Assembly (NCBI GenBank): GCA_038883655.1
Contig: JAVZLQ010000003.1
Coordinates: 1 to 64,000 of the forward strand
Origin: Candidatus Bathyarchaeia archaeon
Lineage (GTDB): Archaea > Thermoproteota > Bathyarchaeia > Bathyarchaeales > Bathycorpusculaceae
Length of the DNA stretch: 64,000 nucleotides
Direction of reading: 5' to 3'
Shown: positions 1 to 9,712 of the stretch, in pieces
Position numbering within the stretch: the stretch's first letter is position 1
Layout of the letters: the number at the start of each line of letters is the position of its first letter
Program-made: the position numbers and the translations under genes
The notes under the pieces: model-generated
Database searches by the model: none
Seen by the model: only the letters and a program-made list of their open reading frames with translations
What the model was told of the DNA's origin: nothing

Positions 1-45
1 CCTAATATGGGCGTTTGCCAAGCGTGTTTCCTTTAAATTTTTCCA

Positions 46-1002
46 TTGATGACACAGCCTTTATCGCTTGAAGTTGAGGAGTTCCTCTCAGCCCTCAAGC
101 CCGGAACCCGACACATATACGCTAGGGGCTTAGCCATATTTCAAGAATTCTTAGCCAGCCAAGGACTTGACGTTGCTGCTTTTCTGAAGCTTGTTGAAGA
201 AGACTTGCAGAAGCCTAGACTTGAGAAGACTCGCATAGCCCGTAAAACCCTTAACGGTTTCATAGGCTATTTACATGCTGAGGGTTTTGCCCCCAAATCC
301 ATAAACACTTATGTGGGAGCTGTTCAATCCTTGGCCAAATACTACGATATCCCGTTGAGTATGCGTTATATCAGCCGTCCGCCTGCTAAGGCTATCCATA
401 AGAAGCATCCATGGACTATTGAGGAGATAGACAAATTCACATCGCTGATGGACAACGTTCAATACAAGTGCATTGCGGCTTGCATAGTCCAAAGCGGACT
501 GAGCGTGTCAGACCTGCTGAGCCTAAAATACGCCGACATCCAAACCGAATTCGAGAAAGGTGTATCGCCCCTCTGCCTAGACCTTTCAAGGAAAAAGACG
601 AACATACCCTTCCTGACGTTTTTTGGCGGATGGGCTTTATCGCTTCTGAAACAGCATCTAGAGGGTAAAAACTTGGAAGATAACACGCCCATCTTTGCCG
701 TATCTGCTAGGGCTGTAGACAGCTACTTCGCAAAAATAGGCCGAAAGTTTGGCGGAAAATTCAAAGGGCGGAACCCATATAGCCCCCACTCGCTAAGGGC
801 TGCATTCCGCACAATCCTAAGCGATCATAAGGTTGACCCGCTCTACATAGAGTTTTGGATGGGCCATAAGGTTCCAGAGCAGCAGATCGTTTATGTCAGC
901 AAGAGCCGGGAGGGTTGGAGAGAAACATACGGCAAGTTAGCAGAGCCTTGGCTTACCCCTCGAAACGTGTTAGAGTTCACTCACGAATCTCCTCAAGTTT
1001 GA
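46..1002 (+). CDS. Tyrosine recombinase/integrase
   Basis: N-terminal core-binding domain, RKKT, HSLR, MGH and C-terminal Tyr; first catalytic Arg position reads SGLS. Confidence 0.9.
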   Translation: MMTQPLSLEVEEFLSALKPGTRHIYARGLAIFQEFLASQGLDVAAFLKLVEEDLQKPRLEKTRIARKTLNGFIGYLHAEGFAPKSINTYVGAVQSLAKYYDIPLSMRYISRPPAKAIHKKHPWTIEEIDKFTSLMDNVQYKCIAACIVQSGLSVSDLLSLKYADIQTEFEKGVSPLCLDLSRKKTNIPFLTFFGGWALSLLKQHLEGKNLEDNTPIFAVSARAVDSYFAKIGRKFGGKFKGRNPYSPHSLRAAFRTILSDHKVDPLYIEFWMGHKVPEQQIVYVSKSREGWRETYGKLAEPWLTPRNVLEFTHESPQV

Positions 1003-1684
1003 TTTTCCTCATAGCCTCTTGGAACCATTCGACAAACTGCAGGTCCCTGTCCCTATGCTTTAAAACTTGGTTTGGGGTGGCTTTTAGTTGGAGCTTGTTG
1101 AGGGTGTGGTGGACTATGGCGTCTGCCCATGTTGAAGGGACTTTAATTCGGGCCGCTATGGCGAATGCGACGATTTTCCTAGCCAAATTTCCAGTGTAGG
1201 CGGCAACTTCATGGTTTCCGCGGAATCCAAGCTTGTCCAGAAGCTGCGATATTCTTGAGAGAATTCTCCTCAATTGGGGTGGATCCTCAGCCTGCACCAT
1301 AACCTTTATTCTGCGGGCTCTTAGGCCTAAGTCCTCGCCCTTGGCTGGAGCCATGGCTAGAACACGCATTAAACCCCTACCACGCCCGTTGTTTTCTAAT
1401 GCCGGGTCTCCAAGGCCTTTCAGGAAGCATAAGCTGCTACCAGGCTGCCAATGCCCCTCGAAATGGCTATTCCCCTCATTCTTCTCATATTCTGGGAAAG
1501 GAACACTCTCATCAACGTTTTCATAACCCCAAACACGCCCACACCTTTCACAAACAACCTCACCATCAACATTACGTAAGCAACCTCCACACTCAAAGCA
1601 TAAACCCAAAAACAAAGCCAACTCCTCCAACAAATAAGAAGGAAGCCTACCACGCAAAAAATCCAAACTAACAAACACGCCCAC
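977..1684 (-). CDS. TFIIB/TFB-like protein (Zn ribbon + single cyclin-like repeat)
   Basis: CFECGG...GEVVCERCGRVW Zn ribbon, then a helical segment resembling TFB cyclin repeat 1 (ILSRISQLLDKLG...ARK...ADAIV). Confidence 0.65.
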   Translation of the reverse strand: MGVFVSLDFLRGRLPSYLLEELALFLGLCFECGGCLRNVDGEVVCERCGRVWGYENVDESVPFPEYEKNEGNSHFEGHWQPGSSLCFLKGLGDPALENNGRGRGLMRVLAMAPAKGEDLGLRARRIKVMVQAEDPPQLRRILSRISQLLDKLGFRGNHEVAAYTGNLARKIVAFAIAARIKVPSTWADAIVHHTLNKLQLKATPNQVLKHRDRDLQFVEWFQEAMRKIKLEEIRE

Positions 1685-1789
1685 CGTAAGCTACCTCAAA
1701 AGAAAAATCAGCCCTAACAGACAAAACAGCCAAAACAAAAGCTCAAAACAGAAAAAGAAGGGAATTTGCGGGAGAAATCTCCACACCGT

Positions 1790-1815
1790 GGCGGGTTCAA
1801 CTCCCACCCCCGGCT
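1790..1815 (+). repeat. tRNA 3'-end fragment (T-arm + acceptor 3' strand), putative att site
   Basis: GCGGGTTCAACTCCCACCCCCGGC matches 22/24 nt of the tRNA-Ser(GGA) 3' end at 33858-33881; no 5' half nearby. Confidence 0.7.
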
Positions 1816-1896
1816 TCCCGAAATGAACTTTTAACCTTGAACTAAAATTTAGAAAGTGGTATAATTTTGCAGTGTTCAATTTTGAACCACAAAAGC

Positions 1897-1921
1897 CTAG
1901 AGGAGGGGGTAGAGAAAATGG
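1897..1921 (+). repeat. Dispersed purine-rich motif, copy 1
   Basis: CTAGAGGAGGGGGTAGAGAAAATGG; related copies at 32483-32508 (-) and 46390-46412 (-). Confidence 0.55.
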
Positions 1922-2073
1922 CAATCTAAAAAGACCCCGTTTTTCTAACTTATAGGGGCGGGGTTTGTATCGGACTTGTTTAAGCTAAAACTTTTTGTTT
2001 TGTGGGCGAGTAAGCTTTAAATAAAATATGGTTTATTTCCTAGTTAGCTTCAACTTGAAATGGACGGCATTAG

Positions 2074-2547
2074 ATGTCAAGAGAGTTTCGCCACATACTA
2101 AGGATAACAGACACGGATGTAGATGGCACCCTAAAGGTTCCTTATGCGCTGCGGAAAATTAAGGGTGTAAGCCTAAGCTTAGCAAACGCAATTTTAAAGA
2201 AGGCAGGGGTAAACCCAGATATGCGGGCTGGGTTTTTGACGGAAGCTGAGGTTGAAAGGATTGAGGAAATAATAAAAGAGCCCACAAGGTTCGGGCTGCC
2301 GAATTGGCTTTTAAACAGAAGGAAAGACTTTGAAACTGGAAAGGACATGCATTTAATAAGCGCAGACTTGACATTAAGAACGAAGATGGACATTGAACAT
2401 GAAAAGGAATTGAAATCGTGGCGTGGATACCGTCACGCTTACGGCTTGAAAGTGCGTGGGCAAAGAACAAGAACCACGGGGAGAACTGGAAAGGCTTTGG
2501 GAGTGAAGAAGAAGGCAGCTGCTAAACCGGGTTCTGGAGGAAAGTAG
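2074..2547 (+). CDS. rps13: 30S ribosomal protein S13 (uS13)
   Basis: RGYRHAYGLKVRGQRTRTTGR; operon context. Confidence 0.97.
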   Translation: MSREFRHILRITDTDVDGTLKVPYALRKIKGVSLSLANAILKKAGVNPDMRAGFLTEAEVERIEEIIKEPTRFGLPNWLLNRRKDFETGKDMHLISADLTLRTKMDIEHEKELKSWRGYRHAYGLKVRGQRTRTTGRTGKALGVKKKAAAKPGSGGK

Positions 2548-2548
2548 T

Positions 2549-3103
2549 ATGGGAGACCCGAAAAAACAGAAGAAGAAGTATGCAACTCCAAGGTTTCCAT
2601 GGCGCGCGGATGTTTTGCAAGAGGAACTGAAGCTTTTGGGGCAGTATGGCTTACGAAATAAGCATGAGCTTTGGCGGCACGAGACCATGTTATCAAAGTT
2701 TAGGGGGATAGCCCGCTCACTTATAGGGAAAACCCCAGAAGAACGCAGAAGAATGGAAGAGGAACTTCTAACCCGCTTGAAAAAACTCGGCGTTCTCGAC
2801 GAAACAGCCGTTTTGGACGACGTTTTAGACTTAACTGTCGAGGATATCCTTGAAAGAAGGCTGCAAACAGTCGTCTTTCGAAAAGGATTGGCCAAAACAA
2901 TACATCAGGCTCGCCAGCTAATAACCCATGGCCACATAGCGATAGGGGAACGCAGGGTCACTGTGCCAAGTTACATCGTAACAAGAGAAGACGAAGAAAA
3001 AATAACCTATTGGCCAAAAAGTCCACTCGCAGACCAAAATCACCCAATACGCCAGGCAACAGCACTAGCTGCAACAAGCCAAAAACAAGAAGATAGGCGA
3101 TGA
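2549..3103 (+). CDS. rps4: 30S ribosomal protein S4 (uS4)
   Basis: MGDPKKQKKKY..P..PW, LERRLQT, ARQLITHGHI. Confidence 0.97.
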   Translation: MGDPKKQKKKYATPRFPWRADVLQEELKLLGQYGLRNKHELWRHETMLSKFRGIARSLIGKTPEERRRMEEELLTRLKKLGVLDETAVLDDVLDLTVEDILERRLQTVVFRKGLAKTIHQARQLITHGHIAIGERRVTVPSYIVTREDEEKITYWPKSPLADQNHPIRQATALAATSQKQEDRR

Positions 3104-3109
3104 AAAAAC

Positions 3110-3514
3110 ATGAGCAGTGCAGGCAAGAAAACTGAAAAATGGGGCGTAGTCCACATCTATAGCTCTTACAACAACACGATAATCCACATAACAGACATTT
3201 CAGGCGCGGAAACCATAGCGAGAACATCAGGCGGGATGTTCGTAAAAGCAGACAGGCTAGAATCATCACCCTACGCGGCCATGCGCGCAGCATCGGCTGC
3301 AGCTGAAATAGCCAAAGACAAGGGAATAACAGCCATACACATAAAAGTGAGAGCTCCGGGAGGTTCAGGACCGAGAACGCCAGGACCAGGCGCACAAGCA
3401 GCGATAAGGGCCTTGGCTAGGGCTGGTTTTCAGATTGGACGCATTGAAGAGGTTACGCCGATTCCGCATGATGGCACCAGAAGGCCCGGCGGCAGAAGGG
3501 GAAGAAGAGTTTAG
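3110..3514 (+). CDS. rps11: 30S ribosomal protein S11 (uS11)
   Basis: [26 protein letters not shown]. Confidence 0.97.
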   Translation: MSSAGKKTEKWGVVHIYSSYNNTIIHITDISGAETIARTSGGMFVKADRLESSPYAAMRAASAAAEIAKDKGITAIHIKVRAPGGSGPRTPGPGAQAAIRALARAGFQIGRIEEVTPIPHDGTRRPGGRRGRRV

Positions 3515-3617
3515 CAAATTCTATAACTCCTCCGTTTATAGAAAAATTGAAATAATGCTCCAGTATTCTATTGAACGACACTGTGATTGTTGCATATCCT
3601 TATGGAGCGTCAAATAA

Positions 3618-4442
3618 GTGAAGATAGAAGTGCTTGAGAAAAATGAAAGTGGCATGCGTCTGCTTATTCGAGGAGTTAGCACTCCGTATATGAACGCCTT
3701 AAGGCGAACGGTTATATCGGAAGTTCCATGCATGGCAATAGACGAAGTTGTAATAATAGAGAATTCTTCTGTGCTTCAAGATGAGATAATAGCGCATAGG
3801 CTTGGGTTAATTCCGTTGAAAACGGATTTAGATGGTTATAATTTGCCAGAAGAATGCCCATGTAAAAGTGAGTTTGGCTGCAACCTCTGCAGAGTTACAC
3901 TCACGCTTGATGTAGAGGCAAAAAATGAGGCACGGACTGTTTATTCTGGCGACTTAATGTCGGAGAACCCTGAAATAGTTCCAGTAAGCAGCAGAATTCC
4001 AATAATAAAACTCGCTAAAGAACAGAAGCTAAAGCTTGAGGCCTACGCGAGGCTTGGGAAGGGAAAAACCCATGCGAAGTGGCAGCCAGTTTCGATGTGC
4101 ACATACAAGTACTACCCAAGGATAAAGATAGACTACAAGAAATGTGACGCATGTGGAAAATGTGTAGAAATATGCCCAAAAAACGTTTACACAAAGAAAA
4201 ACGATAAGATAGAAATCCAAAACTTAGTAACTTGCACTCTATGCATGGACTGCGTTGAAGCTTGCCCGAAAGACCCGAAGGCTTTAGAGGTAGGCTGGGA
4301 AGAAGACACATTTATATTTAACATTGAAACGACGAATGTGCTACCGCCTGAAAGGATAATTTTGGAGGCAGTTAAAATTTTGGACAAGCAGCTGAGCGAG
4401 TTTGAAAGTCAAATTAGGGTGGAAGAAGTTGAAGAAAGTTAG
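3618..4442 (+). CDS. rpoD: RNA polymerase subunit D (Rpo3) with ferredoxin-like insert
   Basis: NALRR, DEIIAHRLGLIPL, HAKW; two CxxCxxCxxxCP motifs. Confidence 0.96.
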   Translation: MKIEVLEKNESGMRLLIRGVSTPYMNALRRTVISEVPCMAIDEVVIIENSSVLQDEIIAHRLGLIPLKTDLDGYNLPEECPCKSEFGCNLCRVTLTLDVEAKNEARTVYSGDLMSENPEIVPVSSRIPIIKLAKEQKLKLEAYARLGKGKTHAKWQPVSMCTYKYYPRIKIDYKKCDACGKCVEICPKNVYTKKNDKIEIQNLVTCTLCMDCVEACPKDPKALEVGWEEDTFIFNIETTNVLPPERIILEAVKILDKQLSEFESQIRVEEVEES

Positions 4443-4791
4443 GACAACAAACCCTGAACTGATTAAGCTTATTAGGTTTCTGAAAAAACAAAGCAAGGAA
4501 AACGATGCTGCAATTTGGAGGAAGATAGCTGAAATCTTGGCAAAACCCAGAAGAAAACGTGTAGCCGTAAACCTAAGCCGCATAAACAGGTACACGCAGA
4601 AAAGCGACGTTGTTGTCGTGCCTGGAAAAGTCTTGGGAAACGGGGTTATTAATCATCCGATTACCGTTGCTGCTTTTGATTTTTCTAAAAAAGCAAAGGA
4701 AAAGATATTGGCTGCGAAGGGAAAATGCCTATCAATAATTGACCTTGTTAAGAAGAATCCAAAAGGCTCAAATGTTAAGGTTATTGGGTGA
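4429..4791 (+). CDS. rpl18e: 50S ribosomal protein L18e
   Basis: TNPEL, VNLSRINR, VPGKVLG; probable TTG start. Confidence 0.95.
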   Translation: MKKVRTTNPELIKLIRFLKKQSKENDAAIWRKIAEILAKPRRKRVAVNLSRINRYTQKSDVVVVPGKVLGNGVINHPITVAAFDFSKKAKEKILAAKGKCLSIIDLVKKNPKGSNVKVIG

Positions 4792-4795
4792 AAAA

Positions 4796-5239
4796 ATGGA
4801 AAGCGCAAGCAAGACTGTTAGAGTGATAAACGCGGACGGGCTTATTCTAGGTAGGATGGCAAGCATCATAGCCAAAAGGCTACTGGCCGGCGAAGAAATA
4901 GTCATTGTCAACGCTGAAAAAGCAGTGATTTCCGGAAAAAAGCAAAGTAAAGTGCGCGAGGCAAGGGAGTTTTTGGAGGTCGGGGGGCCCAAAGCTGGCC
5001 CGTTTCATTATAAGAGACCAGACAGAATTGTTAGGAGAACCGTTAGAGGAATGTTACCATACAAGCAGCCGAAGGGCAAACAAGCATATAAACGGCTTAA
5101 AGTCTTCATTGGGGTGCCAGCTGAATTTAAAAATTATGAAATGGAAACCATATCAGAAGCGCAAGCAAGTAAATTAGCATGTCCATACTTAACTGTGGGC
5201 GATTTGGCAAAGGAAATAGGGTGGACCACGGGTGAATAG
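4796..5239 (+). CDS. rpl13: 50S ribosomal protein L13 (uL13)
   Basis: [18 protein letters not shown]. Confidence 0.96.
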   Translation: MESASKTVRVINADGLILGRMASIIAKRLLAGEEIVIVNAEKAVISGKKQSKVREAREFLEVGGPKAGPFHYKRPDRIVRRTVRGMLPYKQPKGKQAYKRLKVFIGVPAEFKNYEMETISEAQASKLACPYLTVGDLAKEIGWTTGE

Positions 5240-5241
5240 AG

Positions 5242-5652
5242 ATGCCAGCTAAAAAAGTTTTGGTTGTTAGCGGGAAAAGAAAAACCGCAATAGCGAGGGC
5301 TGTTGTCAAACCTGGAATGGGAAGGATTCGCATAAATAGGATACCATTAGAAATATACGAGCCTAAAATTGCCCGTGAAAAAATAATGGAGCCACTGATA
5401 CAAGCTGGAGACGAAATATGGAAACAGCTGGATATAGACATAAAAGTTTCAGGTGGAGGCTATATGGGACAGGCAGAAGCCGTAAGAATGGCAATAGCAA
5501 ATGCCCTGTTAAAGTGGACAAAAAGCGCGCACTTACGCACGGTTTTTGTTGAATATGATAGGACGATGGTTGTGGGAGATGCGCGAAGAAAGGAGCCTAA
5601 AAAGTTTGGCGGTCCAGGTGCGAGGGCGCGGGATCAAAAGAGCTATAGATAG
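5242..5652 (+). CDS. rps9: 30S ribosomal protein S9 (uS9)
   Basis: [26 protein letters not shown]. Confidence 0.97.
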   Translation: MPAKKVLVVSGKRKTAIARAVVKPGMGRIRINRIPLEIYEPKIAREKIMEPLIQAGDEIWKQLDIDIKVSGGGYMGQAEAVRMAIANALLKWTKSAHLRTVFVEYDRTMVVGDARRKEPKKFGGPGARARDQKSYR

Positions 5653-5667
5653 GAGGTTGAAGGTGAA

Positions 5668-5898
5668 ATGATTATACCAGTTAGATGTTTTACTTGCGGC
5701 AAAGTTATAGGTGATATATGGGAGGAATTCGCCAGAAGGGTTAAGGCTGGAGAAAATGCTGGCGAAGTTTTAGACAGTTTGGGGATAAAACGTTACTGTT
5801 GTAGGCGCATGCTTTTGTCGCATGTTGAAATAATCGATGAAATCTTACGCTTTTATGAAGAGGCTGAAAAGAGGAAGGAAATGAGGCAATACTATTAG
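5668..5898 (+). CDS. rpoN: RNA polymerase subunit N (Rpo10)
   Basis: [21 protein letters not shown]. Confidence 0.97.
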   Translation: MIIPVRCFTCGKVIGDIWEEFARRVKAGENAGEVLDSLGIKRYCCRRMLLSHVEIIDEILRFYEEAEKRKEMRQYY

Positions 5899-5910
5899 TT
5901 GTGATGATGC

Positions 5911-7170
5911 ATGTCGACAACCATTGAAGATGTAATAGCAAGAAAAGTTTTCAACAGCAGAGGAGAAGAAACCATAGAGGTCGACGTCATAACAACTTCT
6001 GGTTTTGGAAGAGCCTCCGCCCCCGCTGGAAAAAGCCGCGGAAAAGCAGAGGTCGCTTATTACCCGCCAGGCGGGGTGGACGAGGCCATAAGAAAAGTGG
6101 AGGAGCTGATAGCCCCTGAACTTGTCGGATTAAACGCTGACTTTCAAGAGGAAATCGACAGGATACTCCACGAGATTGACGGCTCGAAGGATTTCCGTGT
6201 AATAGGCGGAAACACAGCCTATGCTGTTTCACTCGCGAACGCTGAGGCAGCAGCAAACTCGCATGATATACTTCTTTTCCAGCATTTGGGCGGACAACTG
6301 GCGTATTTGCTTCCATACCCACTTGGCAACGTTATAAGCGGCGGAAAACACACACATGGAAAAGCGCCGGAAATTCAAGAGTTTCTTGTCCTCCCTCATG
6401 GAGCAGAATCTTTCTTTGAGGCCGCCTCGGCGAATGTTCAAGTTCACGAGAGGGTTGGGGCAATTTTAAGGAGGCGAGATAAGCTTTTTGGCGGTGGAAA
6501 AAGCGATGAGGGCGCGTGGGTGGCAAACATCGGGAATGGAGAGGCACTTGAAATACTTTCAAACGTGTGCGAAGAAGTTGGTAATGAACTTGGCTTTGAA
6601 TGCGGTTTCGGTGTTGATGTAGCAGCATCATCTTTATGGAACGGAAAAGAAAAGCGGTATGTTTATCAAAGGGAAGGCAAAAAGCGTGATTCCGGCGAGC
6701 AATTGGAATTCATTCTTGAAATGATAAGGAAATACCACTTATTGTATGTTGAGGACCCTTTCGATGAAAGGGACTACAAGAACTTTGCAGAACTAACAGC
6801 AAAAGCCAAAAACTGTTTAATTTGCGGCGACGACCTATTTGCAACAAATAATGAACGACTAAATCAAGGAATAACGATGAAAGCGGCAAACGCCATAATC
6901 ATAAAGGTAAACCAAGTTGGCACACTAACAGACGCTTTTGAAACCACTGAAACGGCGAAAAGAAATGGGTATACTCCAATAATTGCACATCGTTCAGGCG
7001 ACACCTGCGACTGGCACATCGCTCATTTGGCTGTTGCCTTCAGATGCCCAATAATAAAGACTGGTGTGGTTGAGGGCGCGCGGATAGCAAAAATAAATGA
7101 GTTAATAAGGATAGAGGAGTTTCTCGGAGATAGAGCTAAAATGGCGGAAATTCCAAACATTAAGGGATGA
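5911..7170 (+). CDS. eno: Enolase
   Basis: NSRG, EDPF, GDDL, KVNQVGTLT, HRSGDT, IKTG. Confidence 0.95.
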   Translation: MSTTIEDVIARKVFNSRGEETIEVDVITTSGFGRASAPAGKSRGKAEVAYYPPGGVDEAIRKVEELIAPELVGLNADFQEEIDRILHEIDGSKDFRVIGGNTAYAVSLANAEAAANSHDILLFQHLGGQLAYLLPYPLGNVISGGKHTHGKAPEIQEFLVLPHGAESFFEAASANVQVHERVGAILRRRDKLFGGGKSDEGAWVANIGNGEALEILSNVCEEVGNELGFECGFGVDVAASSLWNGKEKRYVYQREGKKRDSGEQLEFILEMIRKYHLLYVEDPFDERDYKNFAELTAKAKNCLICGDDLFATNNERLNQGITMKAANAIIIKVNQVGTLTDAFETTETAKRNGYTPIIAHRSGDTCDWHIAHLAVAFRCPIIKTGVVEGARIAKINELIRIEEFLGDRAKMAEIPNIKG

Positions 7171-7865
7171 TAAAATTGTCAAAGGATGAAGTTGAAAAGA
7201 AAAAGGAAACAATTGAAGGTGAAGCTGAAGCCACAGAAGCCCCAGCAGAAGAAGAATTACTCTTACCAAGGGATACGCTGCTTTCCGCTGGAATCCACAT
7301 TGGAACAAGACTGAAAACAAGAGACATGGCGCAATTCATATACCGTGTCAGACCAGACGGACTATTCGTTTTAGACGTGAAGAAAACAGACGAACGCATA
7401 AGGACGGCGGCAAAATTCCTAGCAAGATTTGAGCCACAAAAGATTGCAGCAGCCGCAGCAAGATTGTACGCACAAGAACCAGCAAGAAAGTTCTGCGAAG
7501 TGGTAGGTGCAATACCAGTAATTGGGCGATTCATTCCAGGACTCTTATCAAATCCGTTGTATCCAAATAGAATTGAGCCAGATGTGATAATTGTTTCAGA
7601 CCCGAGGGCTGACTCGCAAGCAGTTAAGGAAGCGGCATTGACGGGAATACCAGTTATAGCCTTATGTAGCACGGACAACGATTTTTCTGGCGTGGATTTC
7701 GTTATTCCAACAAATAATAAGGGCAGAAGAGCGTTAGCAGTTATCTACTGGCTTTTGGCAAGACAAATACTGCGTGAAAGGGGAGAACTGGCAGCGGACA
7801 AAGATTTAACGCTAACAATCGACGACTTTGAAGCCAAGATTTCAAAGGAAGAAGAGGAAGTTTAA
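7167..7865 (+). CDS. rps2: 30S ribosomal protein S2 (uS2)
   Basis: LSAGIHIGT, GRFIPG, IPTNNKGRRAL. Confidence 0.96.
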   Translation: MIKLSKDEVEKKKETIEGEAEATEAPAEEELLLPRDTLLSAGIHIGTRLKTRDMAQFIYRVRPDGLFVLDVKKTDERIRTAAKFLARFEPQKIAAAAARLYAQEPARKFCEVVGAIPVIGRFIPGLLSNPLYPNRIEPDVIIVSDPRADSQAVKEAALTGIPVIALCSTDNDFSGVDFVIPTNNKGRRALAVIYWLLARQILRERGELAADKDLTLTIDDFEAKISKEEEEV

Positions 7866-7867
7866 AA

Positions 7868-8719
7868 ATGGCGAAGGTTCGACGTCCAACTCAAGCTGGA
7901 GCCTTCTACGAGGGAAGCGCCGAATCACTAAAAAGACAGATAAAAGAGTGCTTTCTCAGCGAGCTTGGTCCTAAGGGAGTTCCAGAGGTAAAAGCGGAAG
8001 GTCCCAGAAGAATTGTTGGTTTGGTTTGTCCACATGCAGGTTACATGTTTTCTGGTCCAGTTGCCGCCCACGCCTATTATGAGCTGGCTTTGGATGGCAA
8101 GCCAGATGTCGCGGTTATCTTTGGGCCGAACCATACTGGTTATGGAAGTCCATTAGCTGTTATGAACGAGGGTGTTTGGCGAACACCTCTTGGCGATTTA
8201 GAAGTTGACAGCGAAACAGCAAACAAGATTGTACGCGAAGCGCGCATAGTTGATGTTGACGATTCGGCCCATAAATATGAACATTCAATAGAGGTTCAAC
8301 TTCCGTTTCTTCAATTCCTTTACGGCTCAAGCATTAAAATTGTGCCAATCTGCTTCTTAATGCAAGACTTAAACTCTGCAAGCGAGGTAGGCGAAGCCGT
8401 AGCAAGAGTTCTAGCTGGAAAAAACGCCGTTATAATTGCGTCTTCGGATATGACGCATTACGAGCCGCACGAAATTGCAAAAGAAAAGGACCTGTCGGCT
8501 ATAAAGGCTGTTGAAGAAATGAATGCGGAAAAGTTTTACTCGATAGTTGAGGCAAGGCACATAAGCGCTTGTGGATATGGACCAATAATGGCTTTGATTA
8601 TGGCGGCAAAGCGTCTGGGCGCGAAAGAGGCAAAATTATTATGTTACAAGTCTAGTGGAGATGTTATTGGCGACTACTCAAGTGTTGTTGGGTATGCCGC
8701 CGTATGTTTCAAAAAATAG
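7868..8719 (+). CDS. MEMO1 family protein
   Basis: PHAGY.FSG, GPNHTG, EHSIEVQLPF, SSDMTHY, CGYGP. Confidence 0.93.
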   Translation: MAKVRRPTQAGAFYEGSAESLKRQIKECFLSELGPKGVPEVKAEGPRRIVGLVCPHAGYMFSGPVAAHAYYELALDGKPDVAVIFGPNHTGYGSPLAVMNEGVWRTPLGDLEVDSETANKIVREARIVDVDDSAHKYEHSIEVQLPFLQFLYGSSIKIVPICFLMQDLNSASEVGEAVARVLAGKNAVIIASSDMTHYEPHEIAKEKDLSAIKAVEEMNAEKFYSIVEARHISACGYGPIMALIMAAKRLGAKEAKLLCYKSSGDVIGDYSSVVGYAAVCFKK

Positions 8720-8722
8720 TGG

Positions 8723-9712
8723 TTGGGCATGGGGGTAACCGCCTCAGCACCAGCAAAAATAATACTTTTTGGAGAGCACTTCGTTGTTTACGGCGAACCA
8801 GCCATAGTCCTAGCCATAGATAAAAGAGTCTATGCAAAAGCGGAAAAACGACAAGACAAACGCCTGAGCCTACGCTCATTAAACCTAAACCTTTCATGTT
8901 ACTATGAAAATGGAAACTTTAAAGTTGAACACGGCGATGCAAAAGAAGCCCGATTAAAGTTTGAACCAATAAAAAGGGCAGTTGAAAAGGTTCTGGAAAA
9001 ACACAGCAAAAAAGTTGGGCTTGACGTAGAGATAAACTCGACTGTTCCAGTGGCCGCTGGTTTAGGGTCTTCAGCAGCAGTCGTAGCGGCGGTCACAGCT
9101 GCGGTAAGCGCACTGCTAAACGTGGAAATGTCGAGGGAGGAGGTTTTCCGCATAACATACGAAGCTGAAAAAATAGTTCATGGAACACCATCTGGAATAG
9201 ACCCGGCGATAGCCACGTTCGGCGGGACACTGCTCTTTCAAATGGACACCGGATTCAAACCAATAGATGTCAAAACCGATATCCCGCTTGTTATAGGAGA
9301 CACTGGAGTTGCAAGGTCAACACGCGTCCAAGTCGAAAAAGTTCGATGGCTAAAGGAGAAGTATCCACAAATAATAGAGCCAATCATGCTTTCAGCCCGC
9401 GAAACAGTCTTAAGGGCATTAGAAGCATTAAATGAAGGAGATTTGGAAACCGTAGGCGAATTAATGAACATAAACCATGCGTTGCTCTGCAGCCTAGGAG
9501 TTTCAGATGAATCGCTTGAATGGCTCATAAACGCCGCCAGAAAAGCTGGAGCCTTGGGCGCAAAGTTAACTGGTGCTGGAGGCGGCGGATGTATGATAGC
9601 CCTATCCAAAAACGAGAAGCTTGAACAGATTATGGAGGCAATCCAAAGGGCAGGCGGCAAGCCCTTTGTGGCAAGAAAAACAGATGATGGTGTGAAAATT
9701 GAGCCAGCCTAA
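8723..9712 (+). CDS. mvk: Mevalonate kinase
   Basis: PAKIILFGEHFVVYG, P.AAGLGSSAA, KLTGAGGGGC. Confidence 0.95.
   Translation: MGMGVTASAPAKIILFGEHFVVYGEPAIVLAIDKRVYAKAEKRQDKRLSLRSLNLNLSCYYENGNFKVEHGDAKEARLKFEPIKRAVEKVLEKHSKKVGLDVEINSTVPVAAGLGSSAAVVAAVTAAVSALLNVEMSREEVFRITYEAEKIVHGTPSGIDPAIATFGGTLLFQMDTGFKPIDVKTDIPLVIGDTGVARSTRVQVEKVRWLKEKYPQIIEPIMLSARETVLRALEALNEGDLETVGELMNINHALLCSLGVSDESLEWLINAARKAGALGAKLTGAGGGGCMIALSKNEKLEQIMEAIQRAGGKPFVARKTDDGVKIEPA

Larger units (their letters stand above)
1..1815. mobile_element. Right end of a probable tRNA-integrated element (provirus/integrative plasmid)
   Basis: Tyrosine integrase, non-core TFB-like gene and an isolated tRNA 3'-end fragment at 1790-1815; core ribosomal operon resumes at 2074. 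Confidence 0.65.

Noticed and set aside
1760-1815. Split-tRNA 3' half
   Set aside because: Lacks the 3' anticodon strand and variable arm, has a T-stem mismatch, and an att repeat next to an integrase is the simpler explanation.
1691-1924. 77-aa minus-strand ORF
   Set aside because: Spans the att fragment and the G-rich motif; its hydrophobic tail reflects local compositional skew.
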